A stretch of 64,000 nucleotides of DNA from a virus (lineage: Duplodnaviria; Caudoviricetes), in the IMG/VR virus record IMGVR_UViG_3300032240_000688, positions 2,199 through 66,198 of that record. One strand, given 5' to 3'. Made by a program: the position numbers and the translations under genes. How positions within the stretch are numbered: position 1 is the stretch's first letter; every line of letters starts with the position of its first letter. The notes under the pieces are model-generated. The model ran no database searches. It saw only the letters and a list, made by a program, of their open reading frames with translations, and was not told where the DNA came from. Of this stretch, positions 18,869 to 28,663 are shown in pieces.

Positions 18869-19835
18869 TAATTTACCGGAGCAGATCAATGGCGTGGTTA
18901 CGACCTACAAAAATATTGAGGCTTGTGCGATTCTGGACAACTATCGTGTTGTATATCTTGATCCCGGGAGGTTCCGCTATGTTGATTGCCCTGGCTACAA
19001 CGAAGTCAAGATTGCCTTTCCCCGGAAGGTGGGCAAGATACTTGAGGAGATCAATCCGGATTATATCCACATCGCCACAGAGGGTCCTATTGGTCTGCGT
19101 GTTAGACAATATCTTGACAAACACGGTTATCGCTACAATACTGCTTATCATACTAAGTTTCCAGAAGGACTTAGAGCCCTATTTGGAATCCCTGAAGCTC
19201 TTACTTGGCCTATAGTACGTTGGTTTCACAAGCATAGCGGTAAGGTGTTGACCACTACAGATACAATGGTTAAGGAGTTACGTGATCATGGGTTTGATGG
19301 AGATGTTATCCCTTGGACTAGGGGAGTGGATAGAACTATTTTTAAACCTAGTGATAGGAATCCTAGTGTTGATCGTGTGTTGGTCTGTGTGAGCCGTGTT
19401 AGCAAAGAAAAGAACTTAGAAGACTTTTTTAATTTAGATTACCCGGGACGTAAGATCATGGTGGGCGGAGGCCCCATGTTAGAAGAATATCAAGCAAAAT
19501 ATCCTAGCGTTGAGTTTGTAGGATTTAAAACAGGTAAAGATCTAGCCGAATATTATCAAATGGCAGATGTGTTTGTATTTCCAAGCCGTTGGGAAACATT
19601 TGGTATTGTCATGATCGAAGCCATGGCCTGCGGTACTCCAGTGGCGGCTTATCCCTGCCAAGGACCGTTAGATGTAATCGATGAAGGCGTTACTGGCTGT
19701 ATGAATGACGAACTTAAACAAGCTGTCAAAGATGCCCTGATGCTGTCAAGAGGTCTAGTATATCAAGGCAGTCAACGATGGACTTGGGAACGAGCCTGGC
19801 ACATATTCCGTGACAACCTTGTAACGAAATTGTAA
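18840..19835 (+). CDS. GT4 glycosyltransferase (Agt-like glycolipid synthase)
   Basis: INGVVTT, HIATEGPIG, YHTKFPE, RVSKEKNLE, ETFGIVMIEAMACGTPV. Confidence 0.85.
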   Translation: MTKTILIVTDNLPEQINGVVTTYKNIEACAILDNYRVVYLDPGRFRYVDCPGYNEVKIAFPRKVGKILEEINPDYIHIATEGPIGLRVRQYLDKHGYRYNTAYHTKFPEGLRALFGIPEALTWPIVRWFHKHSGKVLTTTDTMVKELRDHGFDGDVIPWTRGVDRTIFKPSDRNPSVDRVLVCVSRVSKEKNLEDFFNLDYPGRKIMVGGGPMLEEYQAKYPSVEFVGFKTGKDLAEYYQMADVFVFPSRWETFGIVMIEAMACGTPVAAYPCQGPLDVIDEGVTGCMNDELKQAVKDALMLSRGLVYQGSQRWTWERAWHIFRDNLVTKL

Positions 19836-19856
19836 TCGTTATTGATTTAAATAATA

Positions 19857-19923
19857 TTACTCGCCCGCTGACGGCGTACAATGAGATAAGTAGTCAGTAA
19901 TAGGGACTTAGGTTCCTATTTTT
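19857..19923 (+). ncRNA. Candidate small RNA with H-type pseudoknot and its own terminator
   Basis: TAAATA at ~19848; CGCC/GGCG stem with loop GCTGAC pairing to GTCAGT; terminator AATAGGGAC-TTAG-GTTCCTATT-TTT. Confidence 0.5.
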
Positions 19924-19968
19924 ACGGTTATGCTAAATAATATTAGCAGTTAATGAAAGGACACAAAC

Positions 19969-20103
19969 ATGGGAATACTAGAAGTTGTAGTATATGGATT
20001 TTTCACAGCATTTGGCTGGTGGGGTGCTAATCACTATGTAATCGAACCATACTTTCCGCCATCCATAGAGCGCAAAGAAGAAAAGAAATCTGAGAAGCAG
20101 TAA
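19969..20103 (+). CDS. Small membrane protein (44 aa)
   Basis: AAAGGA RBS; MGILEVVVYGFFTAFGWWG... Confidence 0.55.
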   Translation: MGILEVVVYGFFTAFGWWGANHYVIEPYFPPSIERKEEKKSEKQ

Positions 20104-20342
20104 TGATAGATTTTGTTGTAACATTCTTTGCTGTATTTTTTACAGACATTTTCTATACCTACTATCTAAAATCAATACAAGAGGAACGAGTAATGCAGGC
20201 AAGTTTATGGGCAACTGTTGTGTTCCTTATTGCTTGCGTGGCAGTTATTAATTACACAACCAATTATTGGTTGTTGGTCCCCGCAGGCTTTGGTGCTTTT
20301 TGCGGAACCTGGGTAGGGATGAAACTAAGAAACAAGAAGTAA
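20103..20342 (+). CDS. Small membrane protein
   Basis: Three hydrophobic helices, GAFCGT motif. Confidence 0.6.
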   Translation: MIDFVVTFFAVFFTDIFYTYYLKSIQEERVMQASLWATVVFLIACVAVINYTTNYWLLVPAGFGAFCGTWVGMKLRNKK

Positions 20343-20343
20343 A

Positions 20344-20982
20344 ATGAAACCTACTATTGCCCTATTTTTGTACGATCCTAAGTGTAGCGTACAGTCGGGC
20401 AATGGTGTCATCAAAGCATTAGAATCCCAATATAATTTTAAAATTTTCAGCATCAACTCGTTAGAAGATAATTTCTTTGATGATGTAGATATCGTAGCTG
20501 TGCCTGGAGGGTTTGGAGACGCTAACAGTTTTGATAAGGCGTTCAGACACAACGGTAAACGAGTTAAAGAATTTGTCCAGAATGGAGGCAAGTACTTGGG
20601 TATTTGCATGGGTGCTTACTGGACTGGTAAACACTATCTTAATATGTTAAATGACATAGACGCCGTACAATATATAACACGCCCTAAAACAGATACAAGG
20701 AGACCTCATGCTAAAGACCTTAAAATCAATTGGAATGGACTTAACACAACGATGTTTTTTTACGATGGTTGTGCTTTGGTTGGTAACGGTAAGTTCAATA
20801 CCATCGCTACGTATGCCAACGGTGATCCGATGGCTATCATTCAGGGCCGAATAGGATTAATCGGTTGTCATCCAGAGGCTGAACAATTTTGGTACGATAG
20901 TTACAGTTGGATGCGTGGCAAATACGTCAGTAAACATAACTTGCTTTTAGACTTTGTGAACCAGCTAAATACTGGATGCTAA
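20344..20982 (+). CDS. BPL-N / class I glutamine amidotransferase-like protein
   Basis: VPGG, FVQNGGKYLGICMGAY, GCHPE. Confidence 0.8.
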   Translation: MKPTIALFLYDPKCSVQSGNGVIKALESQYNFKIFSINSLEDNFFDDVDIVAVPGGFGDANSFDKAFRHNGKRVKEFVQNGGKYLGICMGAYWTGKHYLNMLNDIDAVQYITRPKTDTRRPHAKDLKINWNGLNTTMFFYDGCALVGNGKFNTIATYANGDPMAIIQGRIGLIGCHPEAEQFWYDSYSWMRGKYVSKHNLLLDFVNQLNTGC

Positions 20983-23021
20983 AAAAGATCCTATTAAGCC
21001 CATGGACTGCTCTATTAACCTTAGCGTTAGTAGTGGGCATACGTATTGCAGATCTCTCATTTGTTGAAAGCGTAAGACTACGCTACTTTGATACGCTGAT
21101 TACAGCCAAAGCTCCTACAGAAAATAATATCTATACGGTCAACATAGATGAAGCCGCATTAGACAAATATGGCCAATGGCCACTACCGAGGGTTAACTAT
21201 GCTGAAATTATTGAAGACCTTTATCATCGTCATGCTGGCCTTGTTGTGCTTAACGTGCTCATGGCTGAGCGTGATCGTACTGGTGGAGATGGGGATCTAT
21301 CTGCCGCTCTTAAACATTATCCAGTAGTACTAGGATCAGTACCTAGCAACAAAACAAAGAATACCCCACGTGTTCCTGGGAGTGCCGTTTTAGGTCCAGA
21401 GTGGTTAGATCAAATAGTTACATATCCTGGACTCATTGCCAACGTTCCGCAACTAGAAAAGAATGCCGCTGGTGTAGGTATTGTAAACACACTTCCAGAA
21501 ATTGACGGTGTTAATCGTCGTGTGCCTTTAATTGTTACAGTTGATGGCAAATTGTATCCTGGACTTGCACTAGAAACATTGCGTGTTGCTACAGGCAACG
21601 ACACATTCCAAGTTAAACTCAATGAAGGTGGTGTTGAGAAGATGCGCTTACCCGGAGAGGTTGGAATCGTTAACACAGACAATCTTGGCCGTATATGGAT
21701 TGACTGGAGTCAGAAATCAAGATCAATTAGTCTATCTAACTTGCCAAAAGACTTTGGTGGTGCTATTGTTGTAGTGGGACCAACCGCGGCAGGTATAAGT
21801 AATCCAGTGCCAACAAGCATAGGAGCAGTATTTCCCCATGATGTGCAGGCCGCAGTTATAGCCACTATTGCTAACGGTGTAGTTATACAACGACCTGATT
21901 GGGCAGATGGTGCAGAGATATTAGGCGTATTAGCCGCAGGAATTTTATTACTATTTTTAACAAGGTGGACTTATGTTGGTATCGTTTCAGGTGTTGTTAT
22001 TATTGGCTCTATTTTACCTTTATGTGGATACGCATATAGCAGTGGCCTACAGCTCGTGGACGCGACTCTTCCGATCGGGGGTCTTGTTTTGGTTATGCTT
22101 CACGCTTATGGTGTTAAGTTTGTAAGCGAGTTCTTGCAGAAGCAGGCTATAAAGAAACAGTTTGCAGGCTACTGCTCTAAAGAAGTAGTTGAACTGCTAC
22201 AAAAAGATCCGGACTTAATCAAGCGTGGGGTGCGTAAAGACGTAAGTGTTATGTTCAGTGACCTACGTGGATTTACTCCCATTGGCGAACACTACGGCGA
22301 TGATGTCGCTGGTCTTGGCAAGTACATGAACGGCTATATGGATGCTATCAGTCAGCCAATGCTAGATAACAAAGGTATGGTTATTAAGTATGTGGGTGAT
22401 GCATCAATGCACATACATGGTGCTCCTATTGAAGATCCCAATCATGCTCGTACTATCGTTAAGGTAGGACTTGAGATGTTGGACAAAGTAGATGAATATA
22501 CCAAGCTAATGGAAGCACAAGGTTTACCGCCTGCCGCAATGGGTTGGGGTTGTAACAGTGGTATTGGTTTTATTGGTGAAATGGGTTCAACAGAACGACA
22601 CAGTTATGATATCTTAGGTGACATGGTGTCAACTGCGGCACGACTAGAAGCACGTTGTAAAGCCTACGGTGTACTATGTATTATTGGTGCTGAGACATAC
22701 AATCGTACCAAAGACGATTTCTTCTACCTAATGCTAGACAACTTACAACCAAAAGGCAAGACTGTAGCAGATTTGATCTATACAGCATTACGCACACGCG
22801 GTGTTGATTATAGCAAGGACAAAGAGCAACACGAAGCGATGCATGCCTTGTATCGTGCTAAGAAGTTTGACGAAGCCGCCGCAATGTGTAAAAAGCTAAA
22901 GGGCAACTTTGGCGGACAGATGGACAAGTACTATAAGATCTGGATCGAGCGTTGCGACTTTATGAAGCAACAGGATCTAGGTGACAACTGGAATGGTGAG
23001 TTCGTAGCTCACGAGAAGTAA
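20976..23021 (+). CDS. CHASE2-domain class III adenylate/guanylate cyclase
   Basis: VNIDE..L..YGQWP.PR, DGVNRRVPL (CHASE2), 3 TMs, FSDLRGFT, KYVGDA, GDMVSTAARLE. Confidence 0.92.
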   Translation: MLKKILLSPWTALLTLALVVGIRIADLSFVESVRLRYFDTLITAKAPTENNIYTVNIDEAALDKYGQWPLPRVNYAEIIEDLYHRHAGLVVLNVLMAERDRTGGDGDLSAALKHYPVVLGSVPSNKTKNTPRVPGSAVLGPEWLDQIVTYPGLIANVPQLEKNAAGVGIVNTLPEIDGVNRRVPLIVTVDGKLYPGLALETLRVATGNDTFQVKLNEGGVEKMRLPGEVGIVNTDNLGRIWIDWSQKSRSISLSNLPKDFGGAIVVVGPTAAGISNPVPTSIGAVFPHDVQAAVIATIANGVVIQRPDWADGAEILGVLAAGILLLFLTRWTYVGIVSGVVIIGSILPLCGYAYSSGLQLVDATLPIGGLVLVMLHAYGVKFVSEFLQKQAIKKQFAGYCSKEVVELLQKDPDLIKRGVRKDVSVMFSDLRGFTPIGEHYGDDVAGLGKYMNGYMDAISQPMLDNKGMVIKYVGDASMHIHGAPIEDPNHARTIVKVGLEMLDKVDEYTKLMEAQGLPPAAMGWGCNSGIGFIGEMGSTERHSYDILGDMVSTAARLEARCKAYGVLCIIGAETYNRTKDDFFYLMLDNLQPKGKTVADLIYTALRTRGVDYSKDKEQHEAMHALYRAKKFDEAAAMCKKLKGNFGGQMDKYYKIWIERCDFMKQQDLGDNWNGEFVAHEK

Positions 23022-23022
23022 T

Positions 23023-23205
23023 TTATTTTTCGTTAGACCAAATTAATTCATTATTGTTATTGTAAATTAATTTTGTATCTGCTGTGGTATTTTGAACAAA
23101 ATGAAATGCATCTTCGTACGATTTAAAATCATACTCTGCTGTGTTTAGTACACCTTCAACTACTTGTTTGATAACTGCTTTGTGATGTTTAGGTTCGTAT
23201 GCCAT
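23023..23205 (-). CDS. Hypothetical protein
   Basis: GGAG RBS and TAAATA motif upstream on the minus strand. Confidence 0.55.
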   Translation of the reverse strand: MAYEPKHHKAVIKQVVEGVLNTAEYDFKSYEDAFHFVQNTTADTKLIYNNNNELIWSNEK

Positions 23206-23225
23206 ATTATTCTCCGTACTGATAT

Positions 23226-23930
23226 TTATTGCCTAATTTTTGCAAGTCTAATTTTTGATAGGATAGTAAGGTACATCCATCCAATATCAAATTCAAACCA
23301 ACGACGACTTAGTTTAACGCTTGCTGGATCAAGATGATGGTTGTTATGAAGTTCTTCACCGCCCACCACAATACCCCAAGGAACAATGTTGCGACTGCTA
23401 TCACGAGTAGTTCCGTTTTTGTAACCATACCAATGTCCTATTCCGTTAATAACTCCAGCGGCCCAAAATGGAATCCATATCATTTGGATTCCCCATATTA
23501 ACCAGCCCCATAATCCAAATAAGCAGAGGTTAACAATGAGCATTATTAGTATGCCTAGCCTACTGTGAGCAGAGTAGACATTCTTTTCAACCCAATCATC
23601 CGGAGTACCTACACCAAATTGTTCAATCATCTTGACATCTTTACTGGCTTTGTTATATAATAAAGCACCTTTAAAGAAAACAGTCCATAGTCCAAATACA
23701 TGCGGGCTGTGTGGATCACCTTCTTGATCGGATCGTTGATGATGTTTACGATGTATTGCTACCCATTGTTTTGTAACCATGCCTGTGGTCAGCCACAGCC
23801 AGAGTCGCATAAAGTGTTGTAATATAGGATTAAACGTTATCCCTCTATGTGCCTGACCTCTATGCAAGAATAATGTTACGCAGACTATAGTAATGTGTGT
23901 AGTTATTAAGGTGTATATAATTGGATTCAT
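23226..23930 (-). CDS. Acyl-CoA/fatty-acid desaturase
   Basis: His boxes HRGQAH, HRKHH, HNNHH; WFEFDIGW. Confidence 0.92.
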   Translation of the reverse strand: MNPIIYTLITTHITIVCVTLFLHRGQAHRGITFNPILQHFMRLWLWLTTGMVTKQWVAIHRKHHQRSDQEGDPHSPHVFGLWTVFFKGALLYNKASKDVKMIEQFGVGTPDDWVEKNVYSAHSRLGILIMLIVNLCLFGLWGWLIWGIQMIWIPFWAAGVINGIGHWYGYKNGTTRDSSRNIVPWGIVVGGEELHNNHHLDPASVKLSRRWFEFDIGWMYLTILSKIRLAKIRQ

Positions 23931-23954
23931 TGTAATACTTAGCTTAAATAGTAC

Positions 23955-24662
23955 ATGTTCAAAACAATTCTAATCATTTTTGCCCTATTTGCAAACATAG
24001 CCTTTGCCAAAGATATAACAGCAACCAGCTGGTTAGTTGCAGATTATAAAGGTAAAATAATTGACGGTGAAAACTACAATGAAGTTAGGCCCATTGCCAG
24101 CGTTACTAAACTGATGACTGCAATGGTTATACTTGATGCAGGACAGAGATTAGATGAGCGCATTAAGAACTATACTCGCAGTGAGCTGATAAATCTCACA
24201 ATAACCCATTCGGACAATAGAGCCGCAATAGCATTATGTGATAATTATCCAGGCGGTAAACATGAGTGTGTAAGAGCAATGAATCATAAAGCTCATATGT
24301 TAGGATTAAGTCATACTCAATATCATGACCCTACAGGACTAAGTGTGTTCAATGTGAGCACAGCAGATGAGTTAGTCGATATTATTCTAGAAGCCAGCAA
24401 GTATCCAGAGATTGTTGCCGCAAGTAAATCAACGACCACAGTCCATAATAAGAAAAGGGTAGTAGCTGTTAATAACACTAATCCCATTACTCGTAAGCGT
24501 GATGATATTATTGTAAGCAAGACAGGTTGGATTCGAGCCAGCGGCGGTTGTCTTGTTATGTTAGTTGACACCGAAGAAGGTCAACGTGTAGTTGTTGTGT
24601 TGAACAGTAAAACTATCAAAACCCGTATTCCAGATGCGGAATACATCCTATCTAAGTATTAA
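23955..24662 (+). CDS. Peptidase S11 D-Ala-D-Ala carboxy/endopeptidase (PbpG-like)
   Basis: Signal peptide; SVTK (SxxK), SDN, KTG motifs. Confidence 0.9.
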   Translation: MFKTILIIFALFANIAFAKDITATSWLVADYKGKIIDGENYNEVRPIASVTKLMTAMVILDAGQRLDERIKNYTRSELINLTITHSDNRAAIALCDNYPGGKHECVRAMNHKAHMLGLSHTQYHDPTGLSVFNVSTADELVDIILEASKYPEIVAASKSTTTVHNKKRVVAVNNTNPITRKRDDIIVSKTGWIRASGGCLVMLVDTEEGQRVVVVLNSKTIKTRIPDAEYILSKY

Positions 24663-25033
24663 GAGCTTCCGCCAGCGGCTTCTTTTTTGTCGCTTGGATC
24701 AATCTTCTTGGCAATTGAATCAGCTTCGTCCATAGCATCGTGGAATTTCTTGTTAGCCTGCGCTTCAACTACGGCTGTTTCCATAACACGATCACTTTCG
24801 ATCATCTTGCCACGGATGGTCAACACAGTATTAACTTTCTGATTTAGACGAATTAAATCGTTGTCCAACATACGGATACGATCGATAAGAGCAATCAATA
24901 CCGTGTTGGCCTCTGAGATAACAGGCTTAACTTCTTTTGTTGCCCATTCCCAAACGTATTTGATAATGAAGCCCATTCCAACCGCCATAACGATTGGAAA
25001 GCCATACTTATTGACTAACTCTACTACATCCAT
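24659..25033 (-). CDS. Single-TM coiled-coil membrane protein
   Basis: YGFPIVMAVGMGF TM; IALIDRIRMLDNDLIRL. Confidence 0.65.
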   Translation of the reverse strand: MDVVELVNKYGFPIVMAVGMGFIIKYVWEWATKEVKPVISEANTVLIALIDRIRMLDNDLIRLNQKVNTVLTIRGKMIESDRVMETAVVEAQANKKFHDAMDEADSIAKKIDPSDKKEAAGGSS

Positions 25034-25043
25034 ATCGTACTCC

Positions 25044-25190
25044 TTAAAATAGCAAGCCGATTAGGAATCCAACAACGGCTCCAACAGCCGCCGCTTTGGC
25101 TAAATCGATATCATGCCACAATGGCTGATTCTTTAAATATTCCTGTGTACTCGGGCTTAAACTATCAAACCATTCATTCCATTTGTTCAC
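25044..25190 (-). CDS. Small C-terminally anchored membrane protein (48 aa)
   Basis: GTG start; MNKWNEWFDSLSP...AVVGFLIGLLF. Confidence 0.5.
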   Translation of the reverse strand: MNKWNEWFDSLSPSTQEYLKNQPLWHDIDLAKAAAVGAVVGFLIGLLF

Positions 25191-25374
25191 GTGCTGTTCT
25201 CCCGTCTTTTAAAAATTTAACCAACGGATCGCACTTAACTAATTGTGCCCGGCCGTTAATATTTGTAAGTCTAAAATAATCTCCGCCTTTCCAGCCTAGT
25301 TTATCGATGTCTAGTTCTGGATCAAACTTAATTCCTTCTGGTTCTAGGTCCCAGTCATAATCATAATGTCTCAT
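25174..25374 (-). CDS. Small protein, AbrB-like swapped hairpin possible
   Basis: DKLGWKGGD motif. Confidence 0.5.
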   Translation of the reverse strand: MRHYDYDWDLEPEGIKFDPELDIDKLGWKGGDYFRLTNINGRAQLVKCDPLVKFLKDGRTAREQME

Positions 25375-25655
25375 TAATCGCGTCTCGCATCATTCTTACC
25401 GTCTGCTCGTGCAATACGGTCAACGTCTGGGCGCAGGCCAAGAGCGTTGCTTACGATGGTGTCAATACGGACAACATCGTGATTCATGGTTTTTACACGG
25501 TTATCAAGAGCAATGATAATGCCCTTCATTCCGTTGATGGAACCAAGTACACCTTGTAATAGTAGTTTGATTGTTAGATATACAAAGTACCCACCGGCTA
25601 ATGCGGCAGCAACTGGCATACCCAGATCACCAATAATTTTAAAAATCTCGCCCAT
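25374..25655 (-). CDS. Single-TM membrane protein, paralog of 24659-25033
   Basis: LGMPVAAALAGGYF TM; IALDNRVKTMNHDVVRI. Confidence 0.65.
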   Translation of the reverse strand: MGEIFKIIGDLGMPVAAALAGGYFVYLTIKLLLQGVLGSINGMKGIIIALDNRVKTMNHDVVRIDTIVSNALGLRPDVDRIARADGKNDARRD

Positions 25656-25712
25656 ATAAACACCCCTGTTATGGAGTATTTACTGAGCAGTTAATTCTTT
25701 TAAACTTGGTGT

Positions 25713-26528
25713 TTAATTGCTGTTTGTATAGCGTTTGAATGCCACTTCTATACTTTCAACCCTATCATGGCTATAGGAATTCCAGCGAGTAAAATCGCCG
25801 GTGTAATGTTTAGTGCCCTTTGAACCAACAATGATTTCTCTATCAACATTGTTAACTTCACAAAATTTTCTAGCAAGTTCGCCCATCCAATACTTTTGCT
25901 CGTAGACTAGATTAATATCTTTATGGTTAAGATCGCCTTGAATAGCAAGATCAAACATTGGATATGTGTCATCTAGATAAACGAAATCAAACAGACAATC
26001 TTCACCAATAGTAAAAGGTCCTGTGCCTGTTTGTAGTTTTGTAAAGAATCTTATAGCAGGTTGATCTTCGTGGAACATACCAAATAATCTTAAATTAACA
26101 AAATTATCAGTTAAATGTACACAGCGACTTACAAAGTTTTTGCCCATACCGTAGCCAGGCATAGGAATAACACTATTGATATCATCCTCTTTGACTAGGT
26201 CAATTGGCCTAGTATGATCAAACTCGTAGCCACTTGCAATATTCACTAATCTTTTAAACTTATGTTTGTTAGAATATAAGTTACGGAACATTGTTACAGT
26301 TTCGCCAACGATTGAAATATCTTGTGTAACCATATTAGTGCGACCTGCAACTGCACAATGCACTACTACATCTATATTTTGTTCATCAAAAAACTTATTA
26401 ACAGCTTCGTGATTTGTTAAATCTAATTCAGATCGGACCGGATGTACAACATCATGCCCCTTCGACTTAAAATATGTTACTAATTTGCCACCGATGAATC
26501 CGGCACTACCTGTGACAAATACTTTCAT
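25713..26528 (-). CDS. NAD-dependent epimerase/dehydratase
   Basis: VTGSAGFIG, YGMGK (YxxxK), FDFVYLDD. Confidence 0.85.
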   Translation of the reverse strand: MKVFVTGSAGFIGGKLVTYFKSKGHDVVHPVRSELDLTNHEAVNKFFDEQNIDVVVHCAVAGRTNMVTQDISIVGETVTMFRNLYSNKHKFKRLVNIASGYEFDHTRPIDLVKEDDINSVIPMPGYGMGKNFVSRCVHLTDNFVNLRLFGMFHEDQPAIRFFTKLQTGTGPFTIGEDCLFDFVYLDDTYPMFDLAIQGDLNHKDINLVYEQKYWMGELARKFCEVNNVDREIIVGSKGTKHYTGDFTRWNSYSHDRVESIEVAFKRYTNSN

Positions 26529-27193
26529 TCAATCACCATCTGCATAAACTGAGGAATCATAGCCATACGCAACTGCATAGGAGTGCCTGGCCAGTGCAAC
26601 AAGAAGTCACCCGGTTGCCATTGTCCGTCATTGCCCAAGTAGTCATGTGTACCTGTAATGTAGTGCTGTGGATAAACTTCACGGTACAGGTAACTGTTCA
26701 TATGACGTTGTGGAACAAACTTCCAAAGATGTCTGTACTCAGCAATGGTATCAATAAGAGCCTGCTGTTCCCAAGTTCCGCTAGGGTGATTGTTATACTT
26801 AGGTGCTAGATCACAGATGTGTTTCCAATAGGCACGGGCTTCTGGTGAGTTTCTAATAACATAACTGTCAGCATTGATGTTCAATCGATCAGTAGCCATG
26901 ACAATATGGTAGTCTTCATCAATGAATGTTTCTAAAGGAATGTTGAAGTTAGTGATGATACTGTCAGCACCTGACCAATATAACCATTCGTGTTCTGGAT
27001 GTTCTTCTAATAATTGTAGTTGAAAGAAGATCTTTTCATAGCTAGGATGCCATTCCATTGTACTTTCTGTACGAACGTATGTATCGTAACCCCATTTCTT
27101 TGCATATCTTACTTTATTGCCTTCCCAAGTCATGTCACTCATTGGCTTGATGTGATGTGTATGGATGGCGGTCATTGCGATTTTACTTGCCAT
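26525..27193 (-). CDS. GT34 (GMA12/MNN10-like) glycosyltransferase
   Basis: NKVRYAKKWGY, WLYWSGADSIITN, WEQQAL, WQPGDFLLHWPG. Confidence 0.8.
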   Translation of the reverse strand: MASKIAMTAIHTHHIKPMSDMTWEGNKVRYAKKWGYDTYVRTESTMEWHPSYEKIFFQLQLLEEHPEHEWLYWSGADSIITNFNIPLETFIDEDYHIVMATDRLNINADSYVIRNSPEARAYWKHICDLAPKYNNHPSGTWEQQALIDTIAEYRHLWKFVPQRHMNSYLYREVYPQHYITGTHDYLGNDGQWQPGDFLLHWPGTPMQLRMAMIPQFMQMVIE

Positions 27194-27202
27194 TTTGTCC
27201 TC

Positions 27203-27748
27203 TTAGAATTTTGTTGCGTCTGCCCAAGATTTTTGTGCAGAGTCTTTTGGTGAAATAATTGGCACAGCTTGTCCTAGCTTCCAGTCAATTCCGATTGTTG
27301 AGTCGTTCCACAGTAAGCCATGTTCGCTTGCTGGAGTAAAGAATTCATCTTGTTGATAGTTTACGATCACATCATCCGATAGTGTCATATACCCGTGATA
27401 GAATCCCTGTGGTACGTACAACACTTGTGGAATACTTTCATCTAGGGTAACACTAAACCATTTACCAAATGTGTCAGAGTCTTTTCTTGCATCTACAAAT
27501 ACATCTAGTATTCTGCCCTTGATCACCTGTAGCATCTTGGCCACTTGATGCGGTTCTGATTGGGCATGCAAGCCCCTAATTGTGTTTTTACGTTCTGTCC
27601 AAACAGTATTGGATTGCACAAACGGACGGGATAATCCCATTTCTGTCATCCATTTGTCCGACCAACTTTCGCTGAACCACCCTCGGTTATCTGAAAACCG
27701 ATTAAATGAAACTACCTGAGCTCCGCCATCAATTTTTTGTATGTTCAT
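27203..27748 (-). CDS. rmlC: dTDP-4-dehydrorhamnose 3,5-epimerase
   Basis: DNRGWFSE, FVQSN, IRGLHAQ, DVFVDARKDS.TFGKW, VPQGFYHG. Confidence 0.9.
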   Translation of the reverse strand: MNIQKIDGGAQVVSFNRFSDNRGWFSESWSDKWMTEMGLSRPFVQSNTVWTERKNTIRGLHAQSEPHQVAKMLQVIKGRILDVFVDARKDSDTFGKWFSVTLDESIPQVLYVPQGFYHGYMTLSDDVIVNYQQDEFFTPASEHGLLWNDSTIGIDWKLGQAVPIISPKDSAQKSWADATKF

Positions 27749-27866
27749 GTTGTATCCTTTGCAGTATTTACGGTGCAGTCAATTCCTAGACTATTGATCT
27801 TGACTCACTTGTAAATATCATTATAACAGAAATACTCGAACATTACAATCATTTTAAAGGAAACAC

Positions 27867-28556
27867 ATGGACAAGTTAGAAGTTTTTATGGACGGCGATT
27901 GGACGACTCCTGAATCGAAAAAATTAAAAGATGCATACGATAAAGCAGTTGCTGGCCAACACAAACTAAGCGACTTTGTTCGTTGGATTCCGGGTATGAG
28001 TGGCTACAACTATCGTTATCTGATCAACAACCTAATGGAAACAGTCGACGATGCTCGCTATCTTGAGATTGGTAGCTGGAAAGGTTCAACCGCTTGCTCT
28101 GCAATGTATGGTAATACCTGTAAGGTTGTTTGTGTGGACAACTGGGCCGAGTTCTTTAGAGGTAGTCATGCCAAGGCAGACTTCCACACCAACACTGAAG
28201 CAGTAGTAACTGATGCAGTTGACTTCCATTTTATCGAAGATGACTTCCGTAAACTTGATCATTCCGCCCTGGGCAAGTTCAACGTCTATCTGTTTGACGG
28301 CCCACATGAAGAACAAGACCAGTACGATGGCTTGGCATTGATGCTTGATGTCCTAGACGACACGTTTACATTCATTGTCGATGACTGGAACGATGTTGAT
28401 CGTGTACAGGCAGGAACTAAACGAGCCCTTGCTGAGTTCAATTTAGAGGTTGTGGCAAAGATAGAAATACTATACAATAGTCCAGTTGACTGTGAGAATA
28501 GTCCTTGGCACAACGGATATTTCATCGCTGTTGTAAAAAAGCCACAAGTAAAATAA
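27867..28556 (+). CDS. Class I SAM-dependent methyltransferase (Methyltransf_24-like)
   Basis: YLEIGSWKGS, VCVDNW, LFDGPHE, IVDDWN. Confidence 0.8.
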   Translation: MDKLEVFMDGDWTTPESKKLKDAYDKAVAGQHKLSDFVRWIPGMSGYNYRYLINNLMETVDDARYLEIGSWKGSTACSAMYGNTCKVVCVDNWAEFFRGSHAKADFHTNTEAVVTDAVDFHFIEDDFRKLDHSALGKFNVYLFDGPHEEQDQYDGLALMLDVLDDTFTFIVDDWNDVDRVQAGTKRALAEFNLEVVAKIEILYNSPVDCENSPWHNGYFIAVVKKPQVK

Positions 28557-28560
28557 GAGA

Positions 28561-28589
28561 TTGACAAGAGACGTAAATAGTCATACAAT
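28561..28589 (+). promoter_or_regulatory. sigma70 promoter P1 of tRNA operon
   Basis: TTGACA-17-TACAAT; TAAATA inside spacer. Confidence 0.75.
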
Positions 28590-28663
28590 AGAGACAAGTT
28601 AGAAACACTTCTAGCAACAAAGACAAAAAGATTAAAATTTTTTGTCAAAGATGCAAAAAGAGG

